From Hydrolagus affinis (taxonomy: Eukaryota): a stretch of 64,000 nucleotides of DNA. A program made the position numbers and the translations under genes. Below are positions 29,301 through 44,300 of the stretch, one piece after another (position 1 is the first letter of the stretch; each line of letters opens with the position of its first letter). The notes under the pieces are model-generated. The model saw nothing but the letters and a program-made list of their open reading frames with translations. It had not been told where the DNA came from and did no database searches. The DNA lies in the NCBI GenBank assembly GCA_012026655.1, contig JAAILG010000248.1, forward strand, positions 1 through 64,000, given 5' to 3'.

Positions 29301-32300
29301 GGTGGAATTTCACACCAATTATTTGTGGCTCTCTGGACAAAACACCTCTTATAATAAATCACCTTTGAGGGAGTGAATTGAATTAGTTCAAGCTTTTAGA
29401 AGCATTCACCTGGCATGTTTTCCTTTGGTGTAGGTGTCATCTGCCAGTCCAACATGTTGTATCATACCTGTTCTTCCTCTTGTGGACGCGCTTGTCAGTC
29501 ACTTTCTAGAAACGAGATCTGCAGTGACGATTGTGCTGAAGGCTGTAATTGTCCGAATGGGACATTCTATGATGAAGTGTTGCGCCACTGTGTGATGAAG
29601 TAAGTTTTTAGTTTGTCATTATGTATTTTACAGCATCACGCCGCTTATGTTTGATAACAAATGAAATCACATGTATCCGTTCCACTTTATTGCTTTGCGA
29701 ATGACTTGGCCTTCAGGGTAAACCTCTGGCTGAAGTAAACCGCTGTATTTGTATAGCAGGACTCCCACAGCAGCCACACAGCTTTACAAATGTTCTATGA
29801 GTACCTCATAATGACTCCAGGACCCTACCCCATGTGAAGGGCCCTTTGCCAGTTATTGTTGGTTGAAGAGCAAGAGAATGGGTCAAATCAGAGTCTGGAG
29901 AAGAACAGAAAAGAGGATTCTCTTTAAAATTCAATTAATTTCTGCTACTTTTACCCCCATAAAGGCTACTTGTGGGTCTTGAACCAATCCCAACAGGATT
30001 AATTAGCCATGACTACTTTTCCAGGATGTGTTACTGTGGAGGTGCTGATGGCGGTAACTGGCAGCAAGACAGCCCAGTAGCCACTCATGCACGTCAATAT
30101 CAATGAGAATATTGTCTACTTTATGTCCTAAGCTTGTTCCTTGTTTTTCTTTCATCATTTTCTAGTTGGTTATTAGGCTGGGCAGGAAATAACTTCTACT
30201 TTGGTTTAGAGAACATTTACACATTTCAAAATTGAACTGTCGTTAAATTTTAAATATCTTAACATTGATCATTTTACCTTTTTTTGTGTTTTTTTACATG
30301 GCACTAGTTGCACATTATTATACATTAATTAAATAATATGATTGAATAGTTCAGGAGTTCTCAATCATACTGAGGTATTGTCTTCCTCTTCCAGGTCTCA
30401 GTGCTCATGTCAATTTCTGGGAGGGCTGTATCAGCCAGGAGAGGTTACGTTCAGTAACACAGGACCATGGTAGGATTCCTCCTCTTCCTTCTTTGCTATA
30501 GATTGTCTATAGGGAGTTTCACTTGGTGTCTTGGTGTCCTGGCCAATACCAGGCAAAAAAGTTGGTTATTCACTTCATGGCTCCATTTGTCTACAATCTC
30601 CCAGACACTTTACAGAAAAAAACACGGAGAAGTTTTAGATAGTTTTATGTGATTTGGACTTCAAGACGTTAATTTACATAAAAAGCACTGTACACGTTAT
30701 GTGGGAGTGAATTGCATTCCTCCTCAAACCACCTGCACTGGAGTGTTTTTAGAAACTGAGCTTCAGCAAACTCTACTCTGTTTGACATCCCATTATACAC
30801 ATTGCCCCACAAATTACAGTAACACATAATTGCAACATAAAAGGATTGTTGCAGATGTAGCCTCAATAAGAAATCCAATAAAACTCACATAAGTCTGAAC
30901 TGTATCAATTGTATAATTATCAATACATCTGCTCAAATCCAGGTCAGGAGTTTATATTCTATGCAAGTTTGACATAACTTATACTTGGCATAAGTCATAT
31001 TAAATGTATGGTCCCAACTGATACAACTTATGTGAGGTTTACTATACAACCAGACATTGCATATAGTTATCTTCTATGTAGGGCATCTGGCTGAATAATT
31101 CAAGAAATGGTATCATTACATTTCAGATTTCTTTGAAGCATTTGCCAGTAATCACGACAGCTCTGAATTTGTTATGTAGAAATTAAAATAGATTGTGAAA
31201 GGACAGAAACAGGCCATTCAGCCCCAATAATCTATTCCGGTGTTTATATTCCATATGAATTTACAACCTTCCTAATCCCCTCTCCTATGCCTCCCTATCC
31301 CCTTTCCTTCATGTAAGATATGACATCTGCCACCAGGCAAAATAGTGATTGTGGAGTCCTGTAACTCAATGGTTAGAGCAATCGCCTTGGAAGTGAGAGA
31401 CTTGGGTTCAATTCCAGGTATGGTGAAACCTTGGGCAAATTTCCTTACCATACCTGATAATAAGCCCCCCTCAAAAAAATAATAAATTGGATCTCCAATC
31501 CATGACTGTTTGTAAGACACTGCTGTATGCAATATATAGTCATATATTGTACAATCAATTCACTTTACAGTATAATCTGTGAAGCATTTTGAAACATCTA
31601 GAAGATATGAAAAATGCTATACTAAATCAAAGGATTACCATTATTATTATGATTTCTCCATGTGTTTTAGTCTATGCAGGAATGGAAGGATGGAGTGTTC
31701 CCCTCCAGAATCAGGTAGGGTATAGATGATTACCCGATTGTTTGCTTTGCACTTTTGTAATGTGATCAGTAACTGGTAACATTTTAATAACGTAATTCCT
31801 TTATCTGTGAACCATGAACAATTGCTATGTTTACACTGTGCCCAGAACCTGACCCTGGAGAGTGTCCTGACAATAAGAGGTACTTTGACTGTAGAGATCC
31901 TCCGTCTGGCCTGCCTTGGACTGGAACAGCTTGTGAAACCACATGTGAAAACCTTATGATGAACCTTACCTGTCCACCCATCACACCTTGTATGTCAGGC
32001 TGTGTTTGTCCTCCTGGGTAAGTGCTTTAAATACTAGAGAGCAGATAAAACAAAATTTGAATGATTTCTATCAATTCATTTGAACTCTGGATATGGAACA
32101 ACCAGCTATCTTGAGATCTTGGTTTTGACATAAAAATTTGTCCACGGCTCTGTCCACACCTGAAGTTTGATGATAACACCAATCGCTCTTTTAATCCTTT
32201 TGTGAATCTCACAATTTAGTCTCACACTGTAATTATGTAAACTTACTGAAATGCTACTGAAGTAGTTTTTAAGTTACATTTGTATAGCTATGTCTTATGA

Positions 32301-35300
32301 TGGATGTATAGAGACTTATAGAATTTGAATTGCATTGTCTTTTTTCATTGCCTTCCAGGCTGGTGAGGCACAGAGGAGACTGCTTCCTGCCTGACAACTG
32401 CCCTTGCCAATGGAAAGGTCAGGAATATTTACCAGGTGAAGTGGTCTCCACAGTCTGTTACACTTGGTACGTGCAAGTCTGTTTTAGATTTTTCAAATGA
32501 ACCAATGTTATTTTCTGTAACTTCCTTTCTATGATTTGATTGTCAGCAATAAAGTTCAAGTTGATATCTGAGTTTCAGGTACACAATATTTATTTTGTAA
32601 TGTTTGTTTGCAATGCCTGTGGATTATCATAGTAAACTAATGCAAAATATCTTGGATTAGTCATGGTAAAAGATATCATAGGCTGTCAAAATCATAACAA
32701 TGATAAAAGTCTTGTTTAGGATAATGGAACCATTTTTTTTATAGGGAGAGATATCGGTCTTTCAAAATGGGGTCCAATTTGCAATATTTAGCAATTTCTT
32801 CCTTAATAGCCAATCTGAGACATGCATTACTCCAACTGTGGAACTGAGTAGCGTTCTTGAGAATTGATTCCTGTTCAATGCGATTAGTTTTTTTGACATC
32901 CCATTAAGAACCAGACCCCTGTGATTGACCATCTAATTAGACCAACACCAAGTGATAGATAATATGGGAAAAAGGCAAGAGTAGGGGACTGAGTAAATAC
33001 ATTAAAACCCCGGCTAGCCAAACTAATCTGATCTAGCGAGCTGGAATTTCTGGCTAAATGAATCCTGTGAGGAGGAGATAGCGAATAAGATATTTTTTGC
33101 TCCCAGGATTCAAACATCCTGAGTTCAAGTTGGATCTTGTGAAGGCCAGCAAGGATGATGATCTGTCGCTTGCTGACTCTGAGTGTTGCTTCTTCATGAA
33201 AGTTTCTGGCAGGTTCTAGTCGGTCAAGGCTGCTCAGCATGGTGTTGACATTTGCCAGGAGAATTAGGCTTGTGGGAGTCTACAGTGAATTTTGCTTTTA
33301 AAAACAAATTAGATTTTGGGCCCGGACCAGCTAGGTTCAAATTCTGGATGCCTGGAGTCCAGTAAGTAAAGGAGTAAGTTTACTGTAGCTCTTACTAACC
33401 CAAATCAGCATGGGCACACTAGGCCAAATGGCCCTCTTTAATGTGGTAGATTTCTGTGGTTCTGTGGAGCCAATTCTGCATCGCCAAGTCTACTTTTTAC
33501 TTGTTAAAGAAACCAAAAGGTTGTGATACCATTACAATGTCTAATATTTCTTAAAAACATTCTGACTTCTTTTAGTTAATAGTTAATAGTTAATTCTTTT
33601 AGTTAGTTAATATCACGACTTTAGTCACCCTGAATTTTGGCTGATGTTACAATTTTTACTCTCATTCTAATTCTTTACTTACTTTCTGACAGTGTATGTC
33701 AAAGAGGAATATTTAACTGCACCTACTACCCATGTCCTGAAGTGTGCACTATATATAATGATCGGCATTATCGGACGTTTGATGGACTGGAGTATGATTA
33801 TGTCAGTGACTGTCAAGTATATTTGGTGAAGGTGAGTAATTTTCATTGTTAAAACTGCATTTAAAGATTATGCTCTACATTAATGCAAATACCAGTACAT
33901 GTACTCCTGTTAATAATGCAGGTTTGGATTTTTTATTTACAGTCTGAAAGAATTACGTTAATAACAAACAATGCAACTTGCTCGATTGTGTTCACATGTT
34001 TCTGTTCATAAGGCACATTTTTAAACATTATTGAATTATTACGTTGAATTATTTTCTATTTTTAAGAATAATTGATGACTCTCAAATAAATCACCATAAG
34101 CACCTATGACTTAGATTTTGCTTCAAGATACAGCATTTGAGAATGTATAAACTACATCCACCTGTAGAATACCAAAGGAATATTGGCATTGGTTCATTGA
34201 GATTTACAGGTGGGATGTATCACTTACATGAGCTTTCTGTCAACAATGCATGTCTGGTGATTTGCTGCTGACTGAAGCCATTTTCATTTTTTAAACAGTG
34301 CATTTTTATGCAGCAGTGATTCCTTCAGCTGTGTTTTTAATCTAACATGAACATATTTATAAGCCAAAAATTCTGCAGTCAAACATAGGACTATCAAAAT
34401 AATCTAGATCAATAAACGAAGAGCAATAATAATAATGAGCAACAATAATAACAATAATAATCCTCGTATTTAATATGGAGTCTTATTATGTCATCAAAAT
34501 GTCTCAAAGGGCTTCATAGGATTAACTGAAAAGAAAATTGACTTTATATTAGTGCAAAACATGTACCTTCAGGAAGTATCATTAATAACATGTGCAGTTG
34601 CAGTTCATAAGGAAAATGACATCATCTTGTACTTCATTTGAGATATTGGACCTACATGTCCAGGTGGGATTGCTGTGTATTGAGATTTAGATCTGATGGG
34701 GTCCAGTTTATTTTTCAGTCAAATGATGACTCATAACTGCATCACACCTGTGTCTTTTGATGTGGGTTCTTTAGTTAATCAACACCAACAACAGCTTGAA
34801 TTTAGATAGTGCCCTTCACGTGGGGAAGAGTCTTGTAGCGCTCAACAGTGACGGAGCTTGTCGCCAAGTTGGGGAGAGGGGGCAATGACCATAGGAATGG
34901 TCGAAAAGGAAGATCTTCAAGAGTGGTCTGAAAAAGGGGAAGGAGAAATCAAGGCAGGCAAAATTGAGGAAGAAAATTGCATAGTTTTGGAACTAAAGGC
35001 ATGATGGAGGGGACAAGGGACATGCAGGAGGCTGGAAATGCAAATGTTTTTGTAAATATTTTAAGTCCTTTAACGAAAATATTTCAATAAAGTTTCACAA
35101 AATTGGCTTCATTAATGTAGATTCCCTAGGTGGGGGTGATAGAAAGGTAGACCGATGAGATTCCACTTCCTTCTCCTGAGGGAAAGAGACCCAAAGATTA
35201 TTGCTAACCCTGAATATGACTTATTGAACAAGAGATAGTTGTGTGGGGTATTCAGCCACCTGCTGAAACTCTGGGGGTATCGTCTACTCGAGTCATTCAA

Positions 35301-38300
35301 GTCAAGTTTAATTACTCTTCTGTTCAATAGAAAAGGAAATCAGCTTCTGGCAAGCCAAATTCTCCTTTATTGCTAGGCATTTGTTAATGAGACAATGTGG
35401 CCACAAACTGGTTTCTGTTCATGTTTTACTGGGGATCTGGAGGTAATGTGGAGTCCCAGTCTTCTCCCAGAGCACTTATGGAAATGTTAGTTATTTCCTA
35501 TGGCAAATGATACATCCATTGCTTTAGCTGAAGGCACATTAAATTAGTCACTAGATTTCAATAAAATGGGACCATTCTTCTAGCATTTAACTTGAATTAG
35601 GAATAAATGAATTTGAATTGACTTTGAAAGTTATCTTTCAGCAGTACAACAAATTAAATTCCACACTTTTGTTCTATATGAAGCCTATCATTGCATTTGT
35701 AAGTAATTTGTCCTTCAGCAGTCCAAGGTATTTGCTTAGTCAGCATTTTACAAAAAAATACATTGGCAGCCATCCAGAGAATCCATTACAAAATCGCTGA
35801 ATTCTATGGGCCAAATTTCAAGTGCTAGTTCTCTAATTGTTAGAACGATATATCCAATTTACTCTTTTTCTATTAAATGTGTATCTCTCATTCCTTCTTA
35901 ATTTTAAGAGAAAGTGGATTAATATCTTGAAGAAAGTGAGTGCAAGATATTGGACTGAAGCACACATGGCCTGTTTAATGTCTGTTTGAATGGCACATTT
36001 GATGAGGCAAGCCAGCTGAGCTCCACCGCTCTCATTAGCATTTGTAGAAAGAGAGCTTTGTTGTGGAGGCTTGTATATTATGTGACCGCATGCTGAGTGG
36101 TCTGTAAACTTAACCTTATTGAACTGCTTCATTGGTTTCTGGATGTTCAAGTGTAACAGTTTAGCAGAGCCAAGGATAAGTCTTTATTCCTACTTTATTG
36201 GATTAAATTTATGAACAAAAAGTCAACTTTCACCAAATAAGTTGAATATAATTATGTAATAGTTATGTAACACTGCCTGTCTGTCTTCCAGTCTAATGTT
36301 GTTTCCCACTGTAAACTGAAAAGTTGTGTTGTAGTTTGAAAGAGCTTGAATCATTGAACCTCTTGAATCACGAGCTGTGCTTGCACAACATTACAATGTT
36401 ATGAAAGGTTTTGCTCCTTATTCCATTTTAGATCCTTTCTGCCACAAATTCCTTGATTCAGAGGGTAGGTTTGCAAATGATCTCTCAGTCACTGCTCTTG
36501 ATTTTGTTACCAGGGAGATGCCAGAGTAACAGCGCTGTTTTTGTACTTAAGGGCGAAAACAGAGCACAACAGAAGTCAAAGGTGAAATCAGGCCCCATGC
36601 TGCTGCATCTCTATGATTCTACTGCCCCAGCCACTCTCCCTCTGCTCAACAACAACAAATTGAACTGTAGTTAGATGGAGTATAATGTGGGGAAGTGTGT
36701 AATTATTCACCTAGGTAGTAAAAATAGAAAAGCGGATTATTTTCTAGAGTGGGGGCAGGTAGTGTTAGTGTTCAGAGGGATTTGGGGGTCCATGTACACC
36801 AGTCACAAAAGAGATGCAGGTACAGCAAGCAATTAGGAAAGCTAATGGCATGTTGGCGTTCATTGCAAAAGGGTTAGCGTACAAGACTCTTGCTGCTATT
36901 GTATAGGGCCTTGGTGAGAGCACACCTAGAATATTATGTGTAGTTTTGGTCTCTTTATTTAAGAAAAGACATACTCACCTCAGAGGGAGTGCAGTGTAGA
37001 TTCACTATGTTGGTTCCTGGGATGAGGGGTTGACCTATGAGGATAGGTTGAGTAAACTGCGGGATAGGTTGAGAGGTGATTATATAGAAACCTATAAAAT
37101 TCTTAAGGGGATTCACAGAGTAGATAGTGTGAGACTGTTTCCCCCGTTTGGAGAATCCCAAGCTAGGGGTCATAGTCTCAAGATTAAGGGTCAGCCTTTT
37201 TGAACAGAGTTGAGGAAATATTTCTTCACTCAGAGGGTAGTGAATTTATGGAATTCTGTACCCCAGAAGGCTGTAGATACTCAGTCCTTGAGCATATTCA
37301 AGACTGAGATTGATAAGTTTGGAAAGGATAGAGAGATTAAAGGATATGGGGATAGGTCAGGTAAATGAAATTGGGTTAGAAGATCAGCCATGATCCTATT
37401 AAATGGCAGAGCAGGCTCGAGGGGCCGAATGGCCTACTCCTGCTCCTATTTCTTATGTGCTTATGCACGTAAAGCGCTCTTCACATCGGAAAGATGTCCA
37501 AAGTCTTCATGTCTCCTGCCCACTTCACAGTCTTGGATGGACATGCGAACTTGGGTGGGAGCTGGGGGTATGAGGATTAGAAAGTGGAGCAGTTGATAGA
37601 GAGTGGACCATGCTAACTCTTCCCCTGCTGATCCCATCTGTTGGAAGGCACCCTATTCTTCACCTTAATCTAACAAAGTGGCTGAGACTGAGAATCCACA
37701 TTGGGGTTGAAAGTGCAGTATTCCCTACAGGATTCCCAAATATTGAATCAAGATGGTTATCTGATCTTCATCTTGTTGACCTTTGTGGGAACTCCCCTCT
37801 CTCATAATAATAAATAATATTAATCCTAGAATCTGAAATAACGCCTTATCATATTGATAAGATGTCTCAAAGTGCTTCACAGGATATATCACGCAATGTT
37901 TTTGACTGTTTTGTGGGTGAAATACTCCAAAGTGAAATTCTCATAGAATTCAATATTTTTTAGCCTATTCTAAACACCACAAGGTCCATCCCATTGCCAC
38001 TGGAAATCAGGTCTTAGCTCCAAGTAGCATTGTATTTATGAGCACCAGCACACTGTGCTGCTCATTAAGTCATTAGAGATGTATCTTATGCTCTGCTATA
38101 TTTAATTGCACATGCATGATTATATGATGTTATTTAAAACGTGCTGTAACTTTGTACTGTATATTGGAAACGGACAATCCCAGTAATAGCACAGAGCAAA
38201 GCAACAAATCCCTCCCCCCCTCCCTCCTCCCCACCTCTGAAACTCAAAACAATCTGCAGTGGGGTAGATTATATCACTAAGAAACAGATACCTGCGCTTT

Positions 38301-41300
38301 TTCAAAGCCTTAATCTTGGGAAAATCAGAGGCATTTTTAATTAGAACGGGATTGCTGTAATGTAACCCCATGAAATGTCAAATCCAAAGGATAAACAGGG
38401 CAAACGTTAAACTACAAAACAAAGAGGAACTTGTTTCGATCATTTTTATAGGTTCTCCTTCCCAGACCTAGGGGACATTGTGGAGGTTTGTATTGCTGTC
38501 TTTTGTTTTCTTAATGTTTTTGTGTTTTTTCACTGAATTTCGCATCTTTTTCAAGTGTAACTGAAAAGCTGGAATCTGCTTGTGAGTACGGAGGCTTCCA
38601 TGTAAAAGATCATATGTTTGATTTCAATTTAATCCAATACAATTTACATTTATAGATCACCTTTCATGATAGGAGGAGTTCTCAAAGATCTTGAAAATAA
38701 AATTATTTGAACTTAACAATGCGAATAGCATAAGACCATTATTAATTGTGGCATTAATACATTCCTGGTAGGTGCGTCAAAGTAAGAAAAATTTGTAACC
38801 TAAAACCACAAAGAAAAATGTAAATGAATATAACACACAAAGTGCAACGTGAGTGCTGTATCCAGCTCATTTTAAATGCAGAACCTTCTACTCATCCCCG
38901 AGGAAAGCAATTTCAAACTGCTTGCAATGGAACCAGCTAGGTAGAAAATCCCGAACAATAGGTCTCTTTCAGACAACACAGAAAAGAAGCGGCAGGGATT
39001 TACTCCTCGCAGATGCTGAGCTTGTGTAAGATTAGATGCTCAGATGTTATGAAGGTCTTGAAATTCTTACAGTAATTTCTGAAGGGCACAGGCTTTGTTC
39101 AGTGGTTTCAGCTCAAAATGACCTGAATATTGGTAGCTTTGAATTTCCATTTGAATGCATTTGGAGTTTCCAGAATGACTGCTCAGTAGTACACTAGCAG
39201 TAGTTGTGCTGGAATTATTCATAAAAACAAATTAAATGATGTATTTCTGTGTGGATTGTCCAAATGTTTGACAATGTGTACCACTTAAGACATCATTACT
39301 GTATGTAATGAATTGCTATAACAAGTGACTGACATCCATCATTCACTGAGCACTGATCTCAGTTCTGCTGTTGGGGAGGGAAGAGCAGAGGCTAGACTTT
39401 AATCAATAAAGAATGAAAGCAAGTATGTAGAAGATGAATCATCTTAATTTTATCCCACCCATCTATTACAACAACAGCAACAACAACAATATACATTTAT
39501 AAAGGGCTCTTCATGTCAGGGGGTTTCTCAAAGAGCTTCACAAACTGACTGGTTGGAAAGGGTGACCATAAGTAAAGTTGAGAAGGAGAGTCTTAAAGCT
39601 TATTTTAAAGGTGAAGAGAGAGGGGTTTGGGTGGAGGTACCCCGGGATGGAGTTCCAGAGAGAGGAGAAAATATAGCTGAAAGCTTGCATGGGAAACATG
39701 AAGCCATTCTGTTTCTTGAGTCGGATAAATGGCTGGGGCGGCAGGATTGCTGGACGTTAAGGAAGTAAGGTCGGGAGAGGAACATGAGGACCATAAATTA
39801 AATCCACTAGGGAATGGGAATCAGGTTTCTATGTTGAATAGCGGACATTAAATGCTGAAGGTAAATCTGTAAAAATAATAATTCCTGCATTTGATGTAGC
39901 GCCTCATCATGTCTTCAAGACAACAACAACAAAATTACATTTGTAGAGCATCTTTCATGTCGGGAGGACGTCCCAAGACGCTGAACAGTCGGGGTTCAGG
40001 ACACGAGCATGGGGGGTTGGAATGAGGGAGGCAGAGAGGTAGGATGGTGACTGAAGGCATGGTCAAAGAGGACGGTTTTGAGACCGGACTTGAAGGAGGT
40101 AAGGGAAGAAGCAAGGTAAAGGGATTGTGGGACGGTGTTCCAAAGTGTAGGGGTAGAGAGGCGTGAAGGGTGCTATATAAATGCTAATTGTTTTCATTGA
40201 ATTTCTAGCTCATTTTGGTTGCTTATAAAATACACATTTTATCATAAATCTTGTGAAGTTCTTTGACACGTCCTCCCAACATGAAAAGCACTACACCAAA
40301 TGTAAGGATCATTGTTATTAATATTACATTTACTTTAGCTGTAAAAACGGACAGTTTCCGTCTGCCTCTCCTGATGACAGAGGAAAACAAACACTTTGAA
40401 AGGTGGCCCAATATTTAATCAGAAAATGTTTGATTCAAATCAACTGAACCATATTTATTGCATATGTTACATACATGCCATGGACAGATGAAGAACAGAG
40501 GAAAAAGTATGGGATATATATAATGCATTTTCCATTGATAGCCCAAAGGAACTATGAATACATTTATAACTTCAAATGGTCTGTATATTAATAGGCTATA
40601 TTAAAGCTCTATTCAGTATGAGTGAGAATCCTGCGTATGTATCTGACAAATTTCTCTATGTTCCAGACCATTGGTGCACTGAATATCTCTGTGTCAGCTC
40701 AGAATATGGATTGCTATGACAGTGGAATTATTTGCATGAAGACCCTAATGATCTCCATTGGAAGCATCCATCTTTACTTTAATGACAACTCTGGAGATCC
40801 AGTGAGTAATTACGCTGCTTAATTGTAAATTAATTGTGATTATTTTTCCTTGATCATTGGTTGGAGGAAAGTAAAACATACAGAAATGTTAGCATACAAA
40901 ACCAGGTTGGACATTGCTTATGCAGGCTTGTAAAATTACCGAGTCTCTATGTTCCGAAAGAAAATATAAGTTCACTCAAAATGGATAATTGTACCATATG
41001 GTGCAATTACTAAGCTGTATGCATCAGGGCCAAATCACTGAAACTCTTCATTTTAATGCTTATACAGTAGCCAAATGTGTACATTTAAATCTGTATTGCA
41101 ACAACACTAATTTCTGCATTGGACCTAAAATCTAATACACATAACTGGTGTAATGTACGAGCAATTGCTATACAAAGCAAAGAAGTGCTTTAAGACAGAA
41201 ATTATGGTCTAAGTATGCAGATATTCCTTGTCTTCATTGTGCGACAACAATACAACAATGCAAAGGTAACAAAGTTAATGTTTAATTACAAAAGAGTACA

Positions 41301-44300
41301 AAGGTAAATTAATTTTATTTAAAAGAGGAGAATTGAATTTACAAGAAACTGAGTTAAATTCACGTAGTTGATTTATCCAGGGAATGCTTCGTAACCACAA
41401 AGCTTAATAATTTTGGCATGTACAGAAGTATTTTGGAAAGCCTGTAACCCAACACAAAATCACTAGTATTGCATGTAAATGCTTGTTGTTCTAGCGTTTA
41501 TCCAGTGTAAAGAAAGAAGGGGATGATTTTCAACTGTGGAAGGCTGGGTACTATGTAGCAGTGCACTTTCCAATGCAAGAGATTATAATCCTTTGGGATA
41601 AAAAGACAACTGTGCACATTCAGGTTGGACCTCAGTGGAGGGTAAGTAGATACCTTGTGAGATCTCACCCATCCACAGTAAATTCTGCTTCACAGTTGGC
41701 GTGAGTGTTGAACTGAATTGAACATCTGAAATTACCAGATATTGGGGAATTTCACAATTTTGATTTGCCAAAAATGGGATTATTAGTGCTGATGCATCCT
41801 CCAAAAACTTACTGGGTCTGAAATTCTATCTGGTTCTTTTAAAGAGCTGCAGAAAATATGCATTCACCTACCTACAAAATAGTCATTACACTTTACAATA
41901 AATCCTATGAAGTGTTTTGAACTGTCCTCCTGACATGATGGGCGCGATATCAAATGCAAGGATCAATATTATTATCCTGATGTTAATGCACTCGCCTTGC
42001 AAGCGAGAGATCCGGGTTTGTTTCCCAGCAGTGTGAAATCTTCGGTAAGTTTCCTTATTCGATATGCCCGATAATAATCCCTCAAGAAAAAAAAACAATA
42101 ATCAATTGGTCACTTCAATCCACGACCATTTGTGGGACACTGCTGTGCGTAATTGGCTGCCATGTTTCAACCACAAACATACAATCAATTCATTTTACAG
42201 TATATTCTGCAAAGCACTTTGAGACGTCTAGAAGATGTGAAAAGCACTACATTAAAAACAGATTATTTTAATTTTATTATTATTAAATTGATTTGCAAAT
42301 ACTGATTGAAGTTAAGATATTGTTTTTGAATATTTGCACAATCTTGTGCCATCTTAAATTTTTAAGACAAAATGGATTTAGAGGCTAAGATGAACTGGAA
42401 TTTTGGGGCTCATTTCCAAACACAACAGATAAGTGTGGACATGCAAAAAATAACACATGGGCTGAAATTCTAGTCAACATTGTGGCATGTATCTGTTGCA
42501 ATATAGGCTGCAAGCAGGAATTCCTCAAAAAAGGATAAAGTTAGTAGCATTTTACAGATGTTTTTAATTAGTCTGCCTCTTCCATGATTTGAGTTGCCTA
42601 TTAGTTCTGTAAATAATAACTTCTTCTGTATTAGCAAAATACATTTTTACCATTTCCACTAGGTAAATATACAGCTAACTTATAATCATGATGATAATTT
42701 ATATCATTTGCCAGGGTAAACTGATGGGCATGTGTGGAAATTTTGACAAAAGTACAGCAAATGACATGACCACTTCAAACAACATGGAAGTGAGCAATAC
42801 TCAAGCTTTTGGCGATAGTTGGGCTCTTGGCCAGGTAAGAATTAATATTGCATTTCGACTAATTATAAGATTGTATGGAGCAAAAAAAAGCTAACTTGGT
42901 TCTCAAGTCTACCCCTTGTATATAAAGTATAGAGGTGTAAGATTACTCCCCCCCACCCAGTCACAAGTTGTAGTGGCAGCATAAATGTATTTATTGTGTC
43001 GAGGGAAGATAAAGCAGTGCGCTAGATTGACACCTCCTAATCAGCCTTGCACAATCAGAAAGTGAAATTGAAGAAATAACTGGGGGAGTTTTGAATAAAA
43101 ATGATAAATTCATGAAAATCCACGGGACATTACTGTGAGCAATTGACTTCCGCTTTCCATCCATAAAATATACTGCCAATTCACTTTACAGTATATTCTT
43201 TGAACACCTTTAAGTCTCAACGATGTGATACTGTATGAAATGCAAGGATTATTATTATGTTTAATTTACCTCATTGAAGTATTAATTATTCCAAACGATT
43301 CTTCCAAATAACTTCCCATGAAACTTTCAAAATTTTCAGCTTTGATGAAGCTTATTAGTTCTAACAAAATCAACATTGTGCTGTTGTCAGCCTAGTTCAG
43401 TTGGTGGCACTGTTACTTGCAAGTCAGAATGTCTATTGACTTGTGCAACTGGCTCAATGGCTTGCTCCTGTTCCTGTTTTCCTGTGTTCATACAATGTTT
43501 GTAATTATATGACTGTGATAGAATGCAGCAGATCATTATTGCAAATAAGCTGTTGACAAATACATGGAGCAATTGATAGTTGTCTCCAATATTTTTCTCT
43601 TTCAGTGTGTGAGTAGGGCTGATATCACCAGGCCATGTGAAGCAGATCTGATTCGGCAGCCATTTGCTAAGAGAGAATGTGCCATTCTGTTCAGTGAAGT
43701 GTTTGCTCCTTGTCACAATGTGGTAAGTTTACATTATTTAGCATGAATCCTACCTTAATAGAAAATGTTCCTATGCCCATGTACCCCATTGATATAATTA
43801 AAACATTACTGTATTGGATATTTAGCCTTTCAGGAGAGGTTATTGAGGAAATTCACTATTTGCTGAATGCATGGAATGCTTGTTTAATTATTATTACTTG
43901 TGAATCCCTCAATTCATGAGGGTCAAATATTCACAATAGTTTGATAGCCAAGCATGTAACCAATACTTCAGCTAATTAACTTTAATTCTGTCTGCAAGCA
44001 ATTTACAAAAATATTTTAAGACAATCGCTGATACTCTTGCTATTTGAAGGACACCAGGATCAATAACTTACGTGAAACAAAGTCAAATGATTTTAGACTA
44101 TTCTCTGGTCAGCAAGGCTGTTGGTTTTGGAAAACTGCACATATGTACATGGTATTTATGGATCAGAATCTCTAAGTGCAGTGGTGAAACATGCTTTGAA
44201 GGAAACTGGAGCAAACAGTTTGTAAACAACAACTTGCACTTACAATAATGCCCTTCGCACAGAACAGCATCTTGGAGCGCTTATGTATCCCACTTTGTTC

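Noticed and set aside
31349-31430. tRNA-like sequences (also ~53392, ~10850, ~58610)
   Set aside because: They are SINE heads continuing into SINE bodies, with no intact cloverleaf.
32884-33240. 118-aa minus-strand ORF as a nested gene
   Set aside because: No recognisable domain or splice context; likely chance or an old repeat.
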